Position numbers and translations under genes: made by a program. Positions 23,619 to 36,397 of a DNA stretch of 64,000 nt are shown here, piece by piece. Source of the DNA: Adineta vaga (taxonomy: Eukaryota; Animalia; Rotifera); contig CP075494.1 of NCBI GenBank assembly GCA_021613535.1, positions 6,944,001 to 7,008,000 on the forward strand, read 5' to 3'. The notes under the pieces were generated by a model. The model ran no database searches. It saw only the letters and a list, made by a program, of their open reading frames with translations, and was not told where the DNA came from. Each line of letters starts with the position of its first letter. Position 1 is the first letter of the stretch.

Positions 23619-25320
23619 TCAATTCTGAAGAAAAATCGCAACCTAATAGAATATCTTATTATGAAAAATTCAACTGTTTGATATAATGATGACAACCAAA
23701 CAAAACACGGGCAATCTTTTACTTTTTATCAGTGCATTTCGTCTACTGCGCATTTTTTAAAAGATGAAAGTAAATATAATAAAGAAAAACATTGATCTTT
23801 ACTGTGATGCAACTCTCCATAGGACAAAGTGCTTACTGACACCACCTACGTTTTAGAAAAATATTAATAGACATAGAACTTATCGATATTATATTAGAGA
23901 CTAGCCTTTCGTTAAACGTGACATGTGCATAAAGTTCCAACATATATGCATACACTATCAAAACTTTGAGATATATTCTGTTACTTTGTTATTATCTATG
24001 TTGATAGAACTTGCACTTCATGCTCTTCGCTTTATATCTCAAGATTATTGTGATAATTATTCTGTTACAGTAGTATCAGACTTGAAACGTGAATTCGAGT
24101 TTCAATATTGGCGTATGCTTCAGAACTTTCTCACACGAGTGATAAGTACATTCTTAAAAATATTTCAAAGAAAACGACATTGATAATATATTAGTATTAA
24201 CACAAATGATCAAATATCTTCTACACTATCTTACATTTGAATACGTTTACGCAATATCTTTTCTTACTCATGAAAATTATCAACTGAAATTTCACTTCAA
24301 ATGAATTGACTCGAAATATGAAAGGTCTGATAGAAAAAAAAGGATATGAAAAAATAGATGTGAAAGAGCTAAAACACTACTTTCTTATGTTTATCAACGT
24401 AACAAATGGGAAAAAATCTACTATAAATACAAAAAAGGCGTTTTCTCGACATACTTGATTACTTTTTATCATCAAATTTTGACTATCTCTTCAATTATTT
24501 TGTATGAATATTAATGATATATAAAGATAATTTATTCATAAGAAAAATACAGACATTTCCAACATATAAAGAAGAGAAGTTAAAAACGATTGTAGAAACT
24601 GAAGTTGAACCTACGTTCTAAACGGTTTTTCTCAAATCTTTTTATATGTCGATCAGATCAGTTGAATTTGATGTGGAAGTAGAGTTTACAAGAATAGTTT
24701 CGTATGCGTTGCATAATTGCACTTGATTATTTCGATGATTTTTTACTTGAACTAACTAAAATTGATGACAAATTTGATCAAAGTTTATATGGGAAAGTAG
24801 CTCAAATTGACAATAAAATCAGAGGTAGAAAAAAGTTCCTTAGTTCAAAAACGAAGACTATTTCTGTTTTTCCTTTTATTTAAACCTCTAATCTTTTATC
24901 AACGACCCTGCCTGATACAGAGATATTTCTTACTTATAATTTTGATAAAAGAACTGTTAGGTGATGTGTATAAATTTAATTCTAAAGAAAAATAACGGTT
25001 CATTTACCGTCGTAAAGATACTGTTTTGATCGACCTGGATAATATAATGTCGATAAAGATTTCTTGAATATTCAAACTAGTTTTCAAATTGAATGCAAAA
25101 ATTCGAACGTTTGAATGAAGGTTTTTCTAACTAAATGCACTATCTAACTTTTTAATACAGTTCGAAAGCGAATTCAAGTTTCAGATTTTACATTTACGTT
25201 CTTGTTTATAAATGATTCGTTACAAAAACAAAAGACTAAAAAACATTTCATTTTGAATACATAAGACAAAAACAAATCACCGCTATTCAATTCATGTTCA
25301 ATAACACGTTAAAATAATCT

Positions 25321-26163
25321 TCATAAACCATTAAATGTGACACTATGTTCACGAGCTTTAAGTCGTAAAGCTGCAATTGACGTATTTCGATGATCTGAAT
25401 CCATACTATATCCAGAATAGGGTGATGAGTTGAAACTATTTGGTCCAACATTTGTTGGTGGTAATGACGGGAATACATAGGGTATATTCATAAAATTCGG
25501 TAATGCATTGGACATTAATACAGATGAAGATGGTGAGTCTGACGTTTGATAATGTGAGAAATGACTCAATGAAGTTGCTGATGGTGAACACCAGTTATTA
25601 CCAGCTGCTAACTAGAATTAGAAAAGAATATAGAAAATAGAAAATAGAATTGAAATAATTTATTTGGAATACCGATGAATATTGATTGCCAGTTACTGAT
25701 AATAATGAAATATCGTAGGGATTTCCTGTTGCCATAGTTAAAGAACGCATTTGTGGCATACTAGCATACCGTTCACGACGCCATTTAGCTCGTCGATTTT
25801 GAAACCAAACCTGTGATACATCTATGATCTTGTCTGCCGTAAATATTCAACATTCATACCTGTACTCGTGCTTCAGTAAGATCGCAACGTAGAGCAAGTT
25901 GTTCTCTTATATAAACATCTGGATAATGTGTTTTTTGAAAAATTCGTTCCATTTCTTCTAATTGATATGATGTAAATGTTGTACGATTTCGTCTCTTCTT
26001 TCGTTTTCTATCATCATCATTATCTGATAATGAACCGCTGCCATGTCTGATCAATAATTTTTTATTTGAATCTATATAGCGCAAAACAAAACGAGAATAA
26101 ATTAGATTAACTAGATCATAGTTATTTCATAGAACAATAAATACCTGAATGTTGATGCATCAT
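25321..26163 (-). CDS. ALX: Paired-class homeobox protein of the ALX (aristaless-like) family with OAR domain
   Basis: [62 protein letters not shown]; C-terminal [16 protein letters not shown]. The start codon (MMHQHSD) is tentative. Confidence 0.88.
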
Positions 26164-26754
26164 GATTATGTGTTAATTCAATATATTTGAACTCTCTTTT
26201 GCTTTAGCTAAGTAAATTTTCGAATAGGAATATAATCTTTATTGATATAATTTTATTAATCAGTTATCTAAGCAATTGAATAAAAGTCACCGTTATTGTC
26301 GAAGAAAACGAGAGAAGTGTATTCTATTCTTATCGATAAAGAAAAAGATTAATGATAGTACTCTCATTTTCTCGTTCTCTTCTATTACTGAAATATATGT
26401 ATGCTGATTGGTCCATATGTACAAGAAAGATATTTTATAGTCTGTGAACAGAAATCTATTTGAGTTTGTCTTATAAGTATAATTTACACTGAAGCACTAT
26501 CATTTTCACTAATAGCGAAGACTAATTACGATGTCAACAGCTCGTTCGTTATTGAAAAAAAAAGCCCGACGTCTATCTGGATGATTTGTCTTCATCGATC
26601 AACACGAATAAAACAAAATTTTTTTCTTCTTCTTCTTCTTCTTCAAGCGGTAAAGATCAATGAAATCGTCTGTATTCAATGTGATAATATATTTTATTTA
26701 ATAATGAACGATTACAATAAAAAATTTGAAGAAATGTTTTGCTTTTTCGTTTAG

Positions 26755-29700
26755 TTATCGTATACTTTCTTGAGATGAAATTATTGTCGTGATTGAACCA
26801 GATTGTACTAATGTACTTTCATCATCCATTCGAATAGGAACTTGAGATGATGAAGAACCTTGACTTAGATCATCCGATGGATTATAGATAAATGTAGTTA
26901 GCTTACGAGTTTTTGACCACTAAAAAACAAACAAATATAGAGAAAATATCACTTAGAAAAGGCTTTTTCTTTCTAAGACAAATAACATGTGTATACATAG
27001 ATGAGAATTTATTAAATTAGGACGAGAAAGAATCTTTTGTATATATATATATAATTGTTAAGAAAATAAACTTATCAAATAAAACGAGAAAAAGACCATG
27101 TCTAGGTTAATTAGCATTCAAAGAAAGTTCACATCATTTATAATTCATATCTATTTAATTTTCGCAATGACAGATTTGATATTAATGAAAGTAAAGACGA
27201 ATGATAATCGATGACTTTGTCATAGACAAATGAAATGATTAGTTTTCTTTCGTTTTATTTGATTTATACAATACATACCACTGCAATAAGATTACGTCTT
27301 CCATCTACAGTTAATTTTGCTGGCATATCTTTTAATGGACATGTTATCAAGATATTTGAATGATTTCCTATGAAATCAATTATCTGAGAATCAGTTGATG
27401 ATTTTATACTAATAATCATAAAATTTGTTAGATAATTCTTATTCATTATTGTTATTTCAGCAGTATTTGCATTATTTAATTCGGCAGTATTACCGCAAAC
27501 AATAGCTAATTTATCACTATCATAAAATTTAAAATTAGTAATTGAACTAAATATGAAAACAAAAATAGTTCATTAGAAAAACAAAAGTTTAAAAAAATAT
27601 ACCGATGAGGACCAAGAACATGTTGAAGATCGATCAGTCGAACGAGGCATTGTTTATTTCTGTGAATGAAGATGATAGTATAAAGAAAAAGATGATTATT
27701 TTTTCGAGCAATCCTACGCTGGTGTGTAGATAATTAAATGAAATTGTAAATGATTCTGTTGAATTATGTAGCTGATTGCATGTTGACTTCGACGTTGATC
27801 AAATTCTATCGTTGAAGAAGATTGTTGATCAATGGGTCTAAATAAAACATGCATACATATGTCTTTGAGAAGATGAATAGTTTTTATCTTACATAGAAGC
27901 AAGTAATGGTAACGATTTATTCATTTGAGAACTTGAATTTTGTAATCGTATTTCGAATGTTTTCGCAATGGATTGTTTTAGATCTTGATAAGTACCTAAT
28001 AAAGATCGTCGAGATTTTGGTGAAAAGAATGTCTGTTTATTATTATCTAAATGAATATAAAACATAGTCTAGAAATGTCGATTGAATTAACATCAGTATA
28101 TACTTGAATGATCGAGTAGTTTTCGATAAGCTGAATCGCGTGTGAGTGTCTCTGGTAAGTTTTCAGATTTGAGATACTATAGAATAAAAAAAATTGTTGT
28201 AAATGAAATAAAAGAATGTTGAAAGTTTACCATAGAAAATATATCAAGTAAAGGTTCATCAAATGAACAATACGAATCAATAAATTCCATTAAATGATCC
28301 CAATCAGCTTCTGTACACTAAATACAGAGAAATATTCTAGATAGAAACAAATAATCCAAGTATGACATACTTCAATTTGTTCATCATGATGTGTACTTGT
28401 ATTATGTTTAGATGTATGTAATTGATGTGCAACTAATATGAAGAAGAAAAACCAATGAATCATTCAAAAGAGGAAATTAAATGAATTCAATAGATACCGA
28501 AACCAAGCCAACGTAAGAAGAAAGTATAAACATCTGACATTTCATGGATAAAACTAAATTATCAATATGAATTCAAATTTGATAGGAATTAAATATTTAC
28601 TCTGTGTATTCATTGATTTTCAAAAGAAGACTTCCAGCATTAGATAAACATACTAGAAAAGTGTTTTATTCAAGCAAAACATCTTTTGACTTTATATAAT
28701 CGACACTTACATTGGAGAATATTTGGATCAAATTCGATCTGATCAAATTTTCCATACCATTGTTGTAATCCTTTAATTTCTACCAAATATCCAAATATAT
28801 GTTCAATTATTCTGAAAAAACTAAACTCTTTATTCATTGAATTCTCCTCCTCTATTCATTACCTTCCAAACATGACAATTAATTCTTTTGATTTTGTTCG
28901 TGTTTCTTCGAAAGATGTAACTAATTTCTTTGCGTAACCATAATCAAAAATATTGCCAAAGAAATTTTGTTGCATAGGTTCCGAACAATTTCCTGTAGAT
29001 AATAAAGACATTAATTCACATTGAAATGTCCATTGTTTCGTTTCTTGTTGTCGCATTGTTTGACAAAATGTATTTACACGTGATTGAAAATCCGCAAAAC
29101 ATTTCGTTGTTAATTCAGTTAGTGTTGTTAATATTTTATCATTGAATAGAATCAAACTTTTTATTCGACAAAGTGAACGTGTTAATTGAACATAATCATT
29201 ATGATAATCGGATAAAAATGGTGTACATTCAAATAGGGAATAATTTACTGATGTATCACTTTTTGTTAGCAGACAGAGTGTATCAAGTGCAGGTGACATT
29301 GTTACAGAGAGGAGACTTTGATCAGTAGGTAGTGAAGTACGATTGATAAGTAGTAATGGCCAAAGACCAAATGCACGAAGAAGTATATCATTTGAACCGA
29401 ATAGAATTAAACTAAAAGAAAAATTTGATTTGTACTATATATGATAGTCGATGATATATATTACATATTTAATTTGGTTTGTTTATCTAATGAAAATAGA
29501 TCATCAGGTGGATCGACGACATGTTTTCTTGTTCGATTAATGGATGGTAAATCGACGAGAACTGGTAAATAATCAGCAATAGATGTTGGTTCTAATTCTG
29601 TATGGGTATTTTCATCTTTTTGTCCAGTGATACGTTCAACCCAATTACAAGCACGAGTTTCAAATGATAATGTTTCTGATGATAACGAATGTCCATCTTG

Positions 29701-30072
29701 AACTGATGCTAATACAAGTGAACGATTAGAAAATGTTACAGCAAGAACTAAGAAAGAAATAATTTATATTTATAATCGCAAGAAAGTATACCAATGAAAT
29801 ACCTTGACCATCAGGTCTCCAAGCGAGACTAACGGCTTTTTTACGTTGATTTCGTGTACCTAATGCCCAAACTTTCCGAATATATGCTTGATAGGCAATA
29901 ACCTAAAGAGAAGAAATACTTATTTAAAAGAATGAAATAGTAAATTTGAATAAAATACATCGCCATTTGCAGAACAGACAACGATAATATCATGTTCAGG
30001 ATTGAATGAAAATAGAAGAATTTCACTATGAAAATTTTTCTCTTCAGCAAGACGCAAACTAGGTGTATCCAT
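26755..30072 (-). CDS. ANAPC4: Anaphase-promoting complex subunit 4 (multi-exon)
   Basis: MDTPSLRLAEEK...HDIIVVCSANGD/VIAYQAYIRKVW...SLAWRPDGQ; ELMSLLSTGNCS; FFLRWL; C-terminal LTVDGRRNLIAV. Confidence 0.85.
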
Positions 30073-30736
30073 GGTTAGTTAGTTTAGGCTAGTTTCTGAA
30101 ATGAATAGACAAAAGAATAAAAATTCGTTTTTTCTTGACAGATTTTCCCGAATGGATAAATTTCAGACAAAAGAAATCGGTGAATAGATGTCGTAAGAAA
30201 CCATTAAACTTATTTTCAAAAACTACAAATTTAAAAACAGATCTACTTCTTTCAATTTCAATTAGTAACAATTTTAAGTGAATCAATGGTGTATATCATC
30301 AATTAACTGACTTTTTTCATTAGTTCTATCATTAGAATGAATATTCTACAATATGATTTCACAGTAAGAAATTTAATCCAGGGTAAATTTTATTTATTGG
30401 TTGGTTACTAAAATTACAATTTTCTTTCGGACGATATTTCTTTCTTTATCTAGTCTATATTCTCTCGCATTTTCTTTTTCGTAGAAAAGTAAGATCATAT
30501 ATATGAATTCTCGTCTTCTTTTCCATCCCAAAAGAGAAAGAATAGAGAGAGAGAGAAAGAAACAAAGAATAAGAAGAAGATGTAGATATGTCCTTACTGA
30601 TATTTCGCCGTCGATAACATATTTGAATCTATCTATTGTATATTTTAGAAAGAAATAGTGCGTGTGTGTGAGTGCATTTGTAATCACAATATTTTCTCTC
30701 CATTTCATACGATATTCGTTTATATAATAAATCAAT

Positions 30737-32386
30737 ATGGAAACAGCGCTTGGTCGTGGTTATTCAATCAATGATGAATCTGGTTTAACAGATTTCTATT
30801 CACCACCATCGAGTATTGTCGATGAAGACGAAGAACAAGATGATGATTTGTTTTATCCCGAAGAAGTTGAACCAGTCGATGAACTTACATTTTCATCTTC
30901 ATCAATCAATGAAACTAATGAAACAAATTTAAGTAAGTCAAATAAAAACGATTGATTCTTATCTTTTTCTCCCCGATTATAGAAAGTGGGTTTAATTCAT
31001 TGCCATTGAAATTAATGTCTGTTGAAGCAACACCACCACCTACTCCACTTGTTCCACGACGTTTTTATGATCCTATTAATGCTACAACAACGGCTTTTCA
31101 AAATTTAACATTCAATACCAATGTACCTGTTACACCATTAAAATCATCTGATCTTATGAATTCTAATTGGTCAATGGGTACTTTAAAGACAACATCAAAT
31201 TCATTGTTTCCATGTGCTGCTGGTGCTGGTGCTGCTGTCGATCATGCACCTAAAACACCAACAAAAACAACAACGAGTCTTTTAACACCAACTAGTATGG
31301 ATCGTTATCTTCTCGAACATCGTCCTCTTGCCGATTCAATCTATCAATCATCAATAAGTACAACATTTTTTTTCTGAAATGATATGCATGAATTTATTTT
31401 TCTATTTTTTAGCACTTGGTACAACATCAAATAGACATCAGACGATTTCTGTTCAACATACGGAAGTAACGAATGGTTTGTAGTTTCCTCATCTTATTCT
31501 TTTGAAAGAAAAATGAAATCTATTGATTATAGAAACAAGTCGTCTCTTCTCTTACATGACGCCCGTTGATGGTTTACCACCAGCAGCATCTAATAATTGG
31601 TCAACATATGGTGATAAACAATCACCACCACGTTTGGATAATTCGTCGTATCCATCATCTCAATTCAATATGAAATCTCCTCAGCGAGTTAATCCATTCT
31701 TTCCCAATTCAACATCTCTTCCTTATCAATCCCAAGATCCATGGTTTTTATCTGAAATGTCAACAATATTACGTCAAAATACCAATATTTCCTTAAGTGC
31801 AACAGCACAACAAATTCTTGCTTCCAATACAGCCAATAATAATCGTCCATTACGTTCGGAAAAAATCGATATTGAAGTTATTAAACATCTGATTCAAGAA
31901 GCGGATTGGAAACGACAATGTGGAATGAAAAAAGAAGTATAAAAAATACATACTTCAATGTCTTATAACTAGAACGAAAATAAACTTTCTTTTTTTTTTC
32001 TAGGTGTGTGTATTTTGTCGAAACAATGGAGAAAATGAACTGATTTATTCAAGTCATTCATTAAAAGATTCAATGGGCAGCGTTACATGTCCAATCTTAC
32101 GTGCTTATCAATGTCCGATATGTGGAGCTACTGGTTCACAAGGTAATTGATCTTTCCTATTCATTGGAAATTATTTTTGCTCTTTTTCAAAGCTCATACA
32201 ATTAAATATTGCCAAGCAACTGGTGATGATAACAATCGACATGTTCCAACACCATACGAAAAAATGCTTCGTATGCAAACATTCGGCTATGATGATAATA
32301 TGACACCATCAATTTCGGCTTTTTTTGGTCATTTAGATAGTCCTTCATCCCTCTATACGAATGGTTGGTCCGATAGTTATTTATAA
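30737..32386 (+). CDS. nanos: Nanos RNA-binding zinc-finger protein
   Basis: Spliced [53 protein letters not shown], the tandem CCHC nanos fingers. Confidence 0.93.
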
Positions 32387-32964
32387 CCAAAATGTTTCTT
32401 TTTTTTCTGTAATACTTTGCAACAAATAGTAACAAAAAAAGCCAAGATCAGTGAATTTTTTTATAGTAGTTTAACTAATTAATATCTAGTTAGTATTCTT
32501 TTTTTGTGTGCGCACACGAATTTTGACCATCGGTCGTGTGAAAAGTAATAACTGGATTTGTTTGTTATTGTTGTAAGTTGAAAAGACGTTCTTCTCTTTC
32601 ACTTCTTTTCTCTTTCTTTTTTTTTGATATTGACGAACCCGGTTTTTTTTAAGTATTAAAAAATAAAATCTAGTAGAAAATACAAGTGAAACAAAATAAA
32701 AGTCCATTTCAATTTGATTTTGAGAAAATCGAGATTTATTCATTGTATTCAACGATTTCTGTAGTATTCTTGACAATAATACATCTCTATTGATTGCGAA
32801 ATTGTATATGTCTGATTTATTATTTGATAGTAAAATGTCAGGTAATCAAATGAATGATATTTAAATGAGAGAACATTTAAGGGAGAACTATCGATTTCAT
32901 TCATTTACACAGATATGGACGTATTTTTACATATAAAATAACAATAGAATAACAAAGTAAAGAT

Positions 32965-35900
32965 ATGTTAAATAGGTCAACAGAAAGTGTCTTAAGCACT
33001 GCAACTTATAATCAGTAAGTTCATTCTTAGTTAAATATTTCGACCAATACACTATTTCTGAATATATATTTCTTATTTGGAAGATCATCCAAACAAAAAC
33101 AATGGTTATTACCTTTATCTATATTTTTTGGCATTATCATTGTTCTTCTTCTCATTTCAACAATTGTATTTGCTATTTTATACGGTACTGAACGAATTAG
33201 TGCCAATGCATATTCCAAAACGACAGGTAACAATATTATCGAATAATCAAAATAAAACAAACAAATATACATATAGTCATCCCAATCAATAGTACCAATG
33301 ACCTATGTTTAAGTCCCTACTGTATCAAAGCAGGTTGGCATACTTTTGATAATCAAATCATTCTTATTTTATTGTTATAGCAAATGATTTTCTCGAGCAT
33401 ATCGATGAGACAATCAATCCATGCGAAAATTTTTATCAATTTGCATGTGGTAGTTGGATGAAAAAAGCAAAAATACCTTCGGATGGTAAACAATTTAATG
33501 AAGTGTGAATATAATTTGTTTTGAATTACAGCTAGTTACCGAGATACATTTGAAGAAATGCAAAATCAAATTGATAATGATATTGCTAATCTTCTTTCGA
33601 TGCCAACATCAAATACAACTGTCGAGCCAAATTCAATTATCAATGCTCGTCGTCTGTATGCTTCATGTGTGAATGAAGAAGCGATAGAGACAGATGATGT
33701 TCGTGTGATACTATCATTTATTGACACAGAACTAGGTGGTTGGCCTATCTTGCTTGGATCAACATGGGATGCATCAACATTTGATTTATCTCGACTATTA
33801 TTGAAACTCAATCAATATAATACATTCATATTTTTTTATATAATGACTGGTATTGATGAACAAAATTCAACGAATAATTGTATTTATGTTAGTAAACGCC
33901 TAGAGATATTCATCATTAACAAAAAAATATTCATTTCAGATTGGCCAAAGTAGTCTTGGTCTTAAGGATCGTAGTTACTATATGAACGAAACTCAAATAA
34001 CTCAAGCATATCGAAATTATATGAAAAGTTTAGCTCTAGTATTAACGAACGATACATCAATGATTGATCATGATATCATTGATATATACGATTTTGAAAA
34101 AACAATTGCACAAGTATATCCTTTTCATGCATTTATACTCTAATATACTTCTTCTTTTTTTATATAGTATTTTTGGACAACAGCTCAACAATATGCCGGA
34201 GACTATAATCGTACAACTTTCCGTAATCTTTCGTCTCTGGTGAACACTTCCGTAAGTATTATTTTTTTCTCTCTAAAGAAATCCATATTTCATTTTTCTA
34301 ATTAGTTTGATATTACTAATCATCTTCAACGTGTTTATCTTCTGGGAAATGTTACTCTTGTCGATGAAGATATTGTCATGATCAGTGAATTGGATGTATT
34401 ACGCAATATTTCACAGAGTATTACACAACAATCATCACGAACACTTCAGAACTATTTAGTTTGGCGATTTATGATGAAACAGGTCGATCATATGCCAGAA
34501 CGATTTCGAGCAATTAAACAACAATTTAGCAAAGTATTTCGAGGAATCATTGCTGAACAACCGCGATCTATTCAATGTACTACATATGTGTTAAGAAACA
34601 TAGGTTTTGCTGTATCGAAACTTTATATTACTGAATATTTTGATAAAAATGCTCGCAGAGAAGTAATTTAGATTTTCATTGATAAGACATCGATACTATT
34701 CATTCTCTCTTAGGCAATTAGAATGATTAGTAACATTCGAGATGCGTTCGGTCAGATGATCAATCAATCGACATGGATGGATTCTTTTTCTAAGAATGTA
34801 GCGATTGAAAAAGTAAAAATTCGTCTGATTACTTTATTAATGAAATGGTGTTCATTATAATTTTAGCTACAAGCACTTCATGAAAAAATTGGTTATCCTA
34901 ATGGTTTAGATAGTGATAATAACACTGATTTAGAAAATCGATATGCAGAAGTATGACATATTTCTTTGAACTTCATTTTATTTGTTTGACATTTTAGTAT
35001 GTTTTCAATTCATCTCATATGGAAAATGTTTTGACTCTTCTACGTATAAAAGCAAAAAACAGTTTTCAAAAACTACGAAAACCGATTGATCGAGAAGCCT
35101 GGGCATACATGCTTCCAACAGATGTGAATGCAAATTACCATGCATCATTCAATGCTATGAGTAAGAATGATAGTCTATTTGAAAAGAAACGATATATCAG
35201 AATCATTTCTATGTAGCTTTCACCGCTGCTATTCTTCAATCACCTTTCTTTCACAAAGATGCACCAAAGTAAGATAGTTCTCTTATCAATGAAATCCATT
35301 TTTTATTTCATTTTTAGATACCTTAATTATGGTGGTCAGTTTTGATTGATATTGAAAAGATTGCGAGATGAACAAATGATTATTGTGTAATTTAGGTATT
35401 GGAATGGTTATAGGACATGAAATAACTCATGGTTTTGATTCTGGCGGTCGACAATTTGATAAGGATGGTAATAAAATTCGTTGGTGGACAAATCAAACTA
35501 TTGATGCTTTCGAGAAACAAAAGAAATGTATCATTGAACAATACAATAATTATACAGTATCTCAAGTCAATATGCAGGTTTCTCTATTTGTTTTCTCATA
35601 CTTTCGAATAAATCTGTTTTCGTTTGTTTAGATGGATGGTGAACTGACACAAGATGAAAATATTGCAGATAACGGTGGATTGAAAGAAGCCTTTTACGTG
35701 AGTTTATTGACTCTTTCATTCATAGGTAACTGCTAGCAATTTAAAGGCGTACCAAAAATGGATGAGAACCAATGAAAATATGGACAAAAAGTTACCAGGT
35801 TTATCGAAATATTCAGCAGAACAAATGTTCTTTCTCAATTTTGGTCGATTGTGGTGTGCCGTTTCTACAGATCAATCTGCAAAGAAGGATATATTGATGG

Positions 35901-36081
35901 ATGAACATGCACCCTATGAATTCAGGTTGAGTTGCATCTACAAACTTCATACTATTTCATTAAAACTTAATTGTATTCTAGAGTACTCGGTCCTACGTCG
36001 AACTTTGCTGAATTTGATCGAGTATTTCATTGTCATCCAGGTCAACGAAATAGTCGAATTAATAAATGTATAGTTTGGTAA
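32965..36081 (+). CDS. Neprilysin/ECE-like M13 zinc metallopeptidase (type II membrane protein, many short exons)
   Basis: N-terminal TM helix; [13 protein letters not shown]; VNANY; [13 protein letters not shown] (HExxH); ENIADNGG; ends KCIVW. Confidence 0.93.
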
Positions 36082-36397
36082 ATTATACTTGAAAAACTTA
36101 GCATATCAGTAGATTATTGATTGCAAAGTAACATTTCCTATTCCTGAATTAATTTTACGAAATTGAGTTTATATAATTTTATATGAAAAATAGTGGTTAT
36201 GAATGTAAATGCAAGAATAAGAATATGCAGGAATAAATATTTTTCATTGATACTGATATTCGAGAGAACACAATTATTATTAGAACATATAGTTCTATTT
36301 ATTTGGTCATCACAATTACACACATAAAAGCTTTCACTCATCAATATTGATTAAGAAATGAATACAGACAAAATAATATTGAAAAAAATTAAGCATA

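Noticed and set aside
29803-29902. Suspected frameshift in ANAPC4 exon 2 (ORF track shows a stop-terminated frame)
   Set aside because: On careful re-reading the 100-nt exon is open (VIAYQAYIRKVW...WRPDGQ) and its phases match the neighbouring exons.
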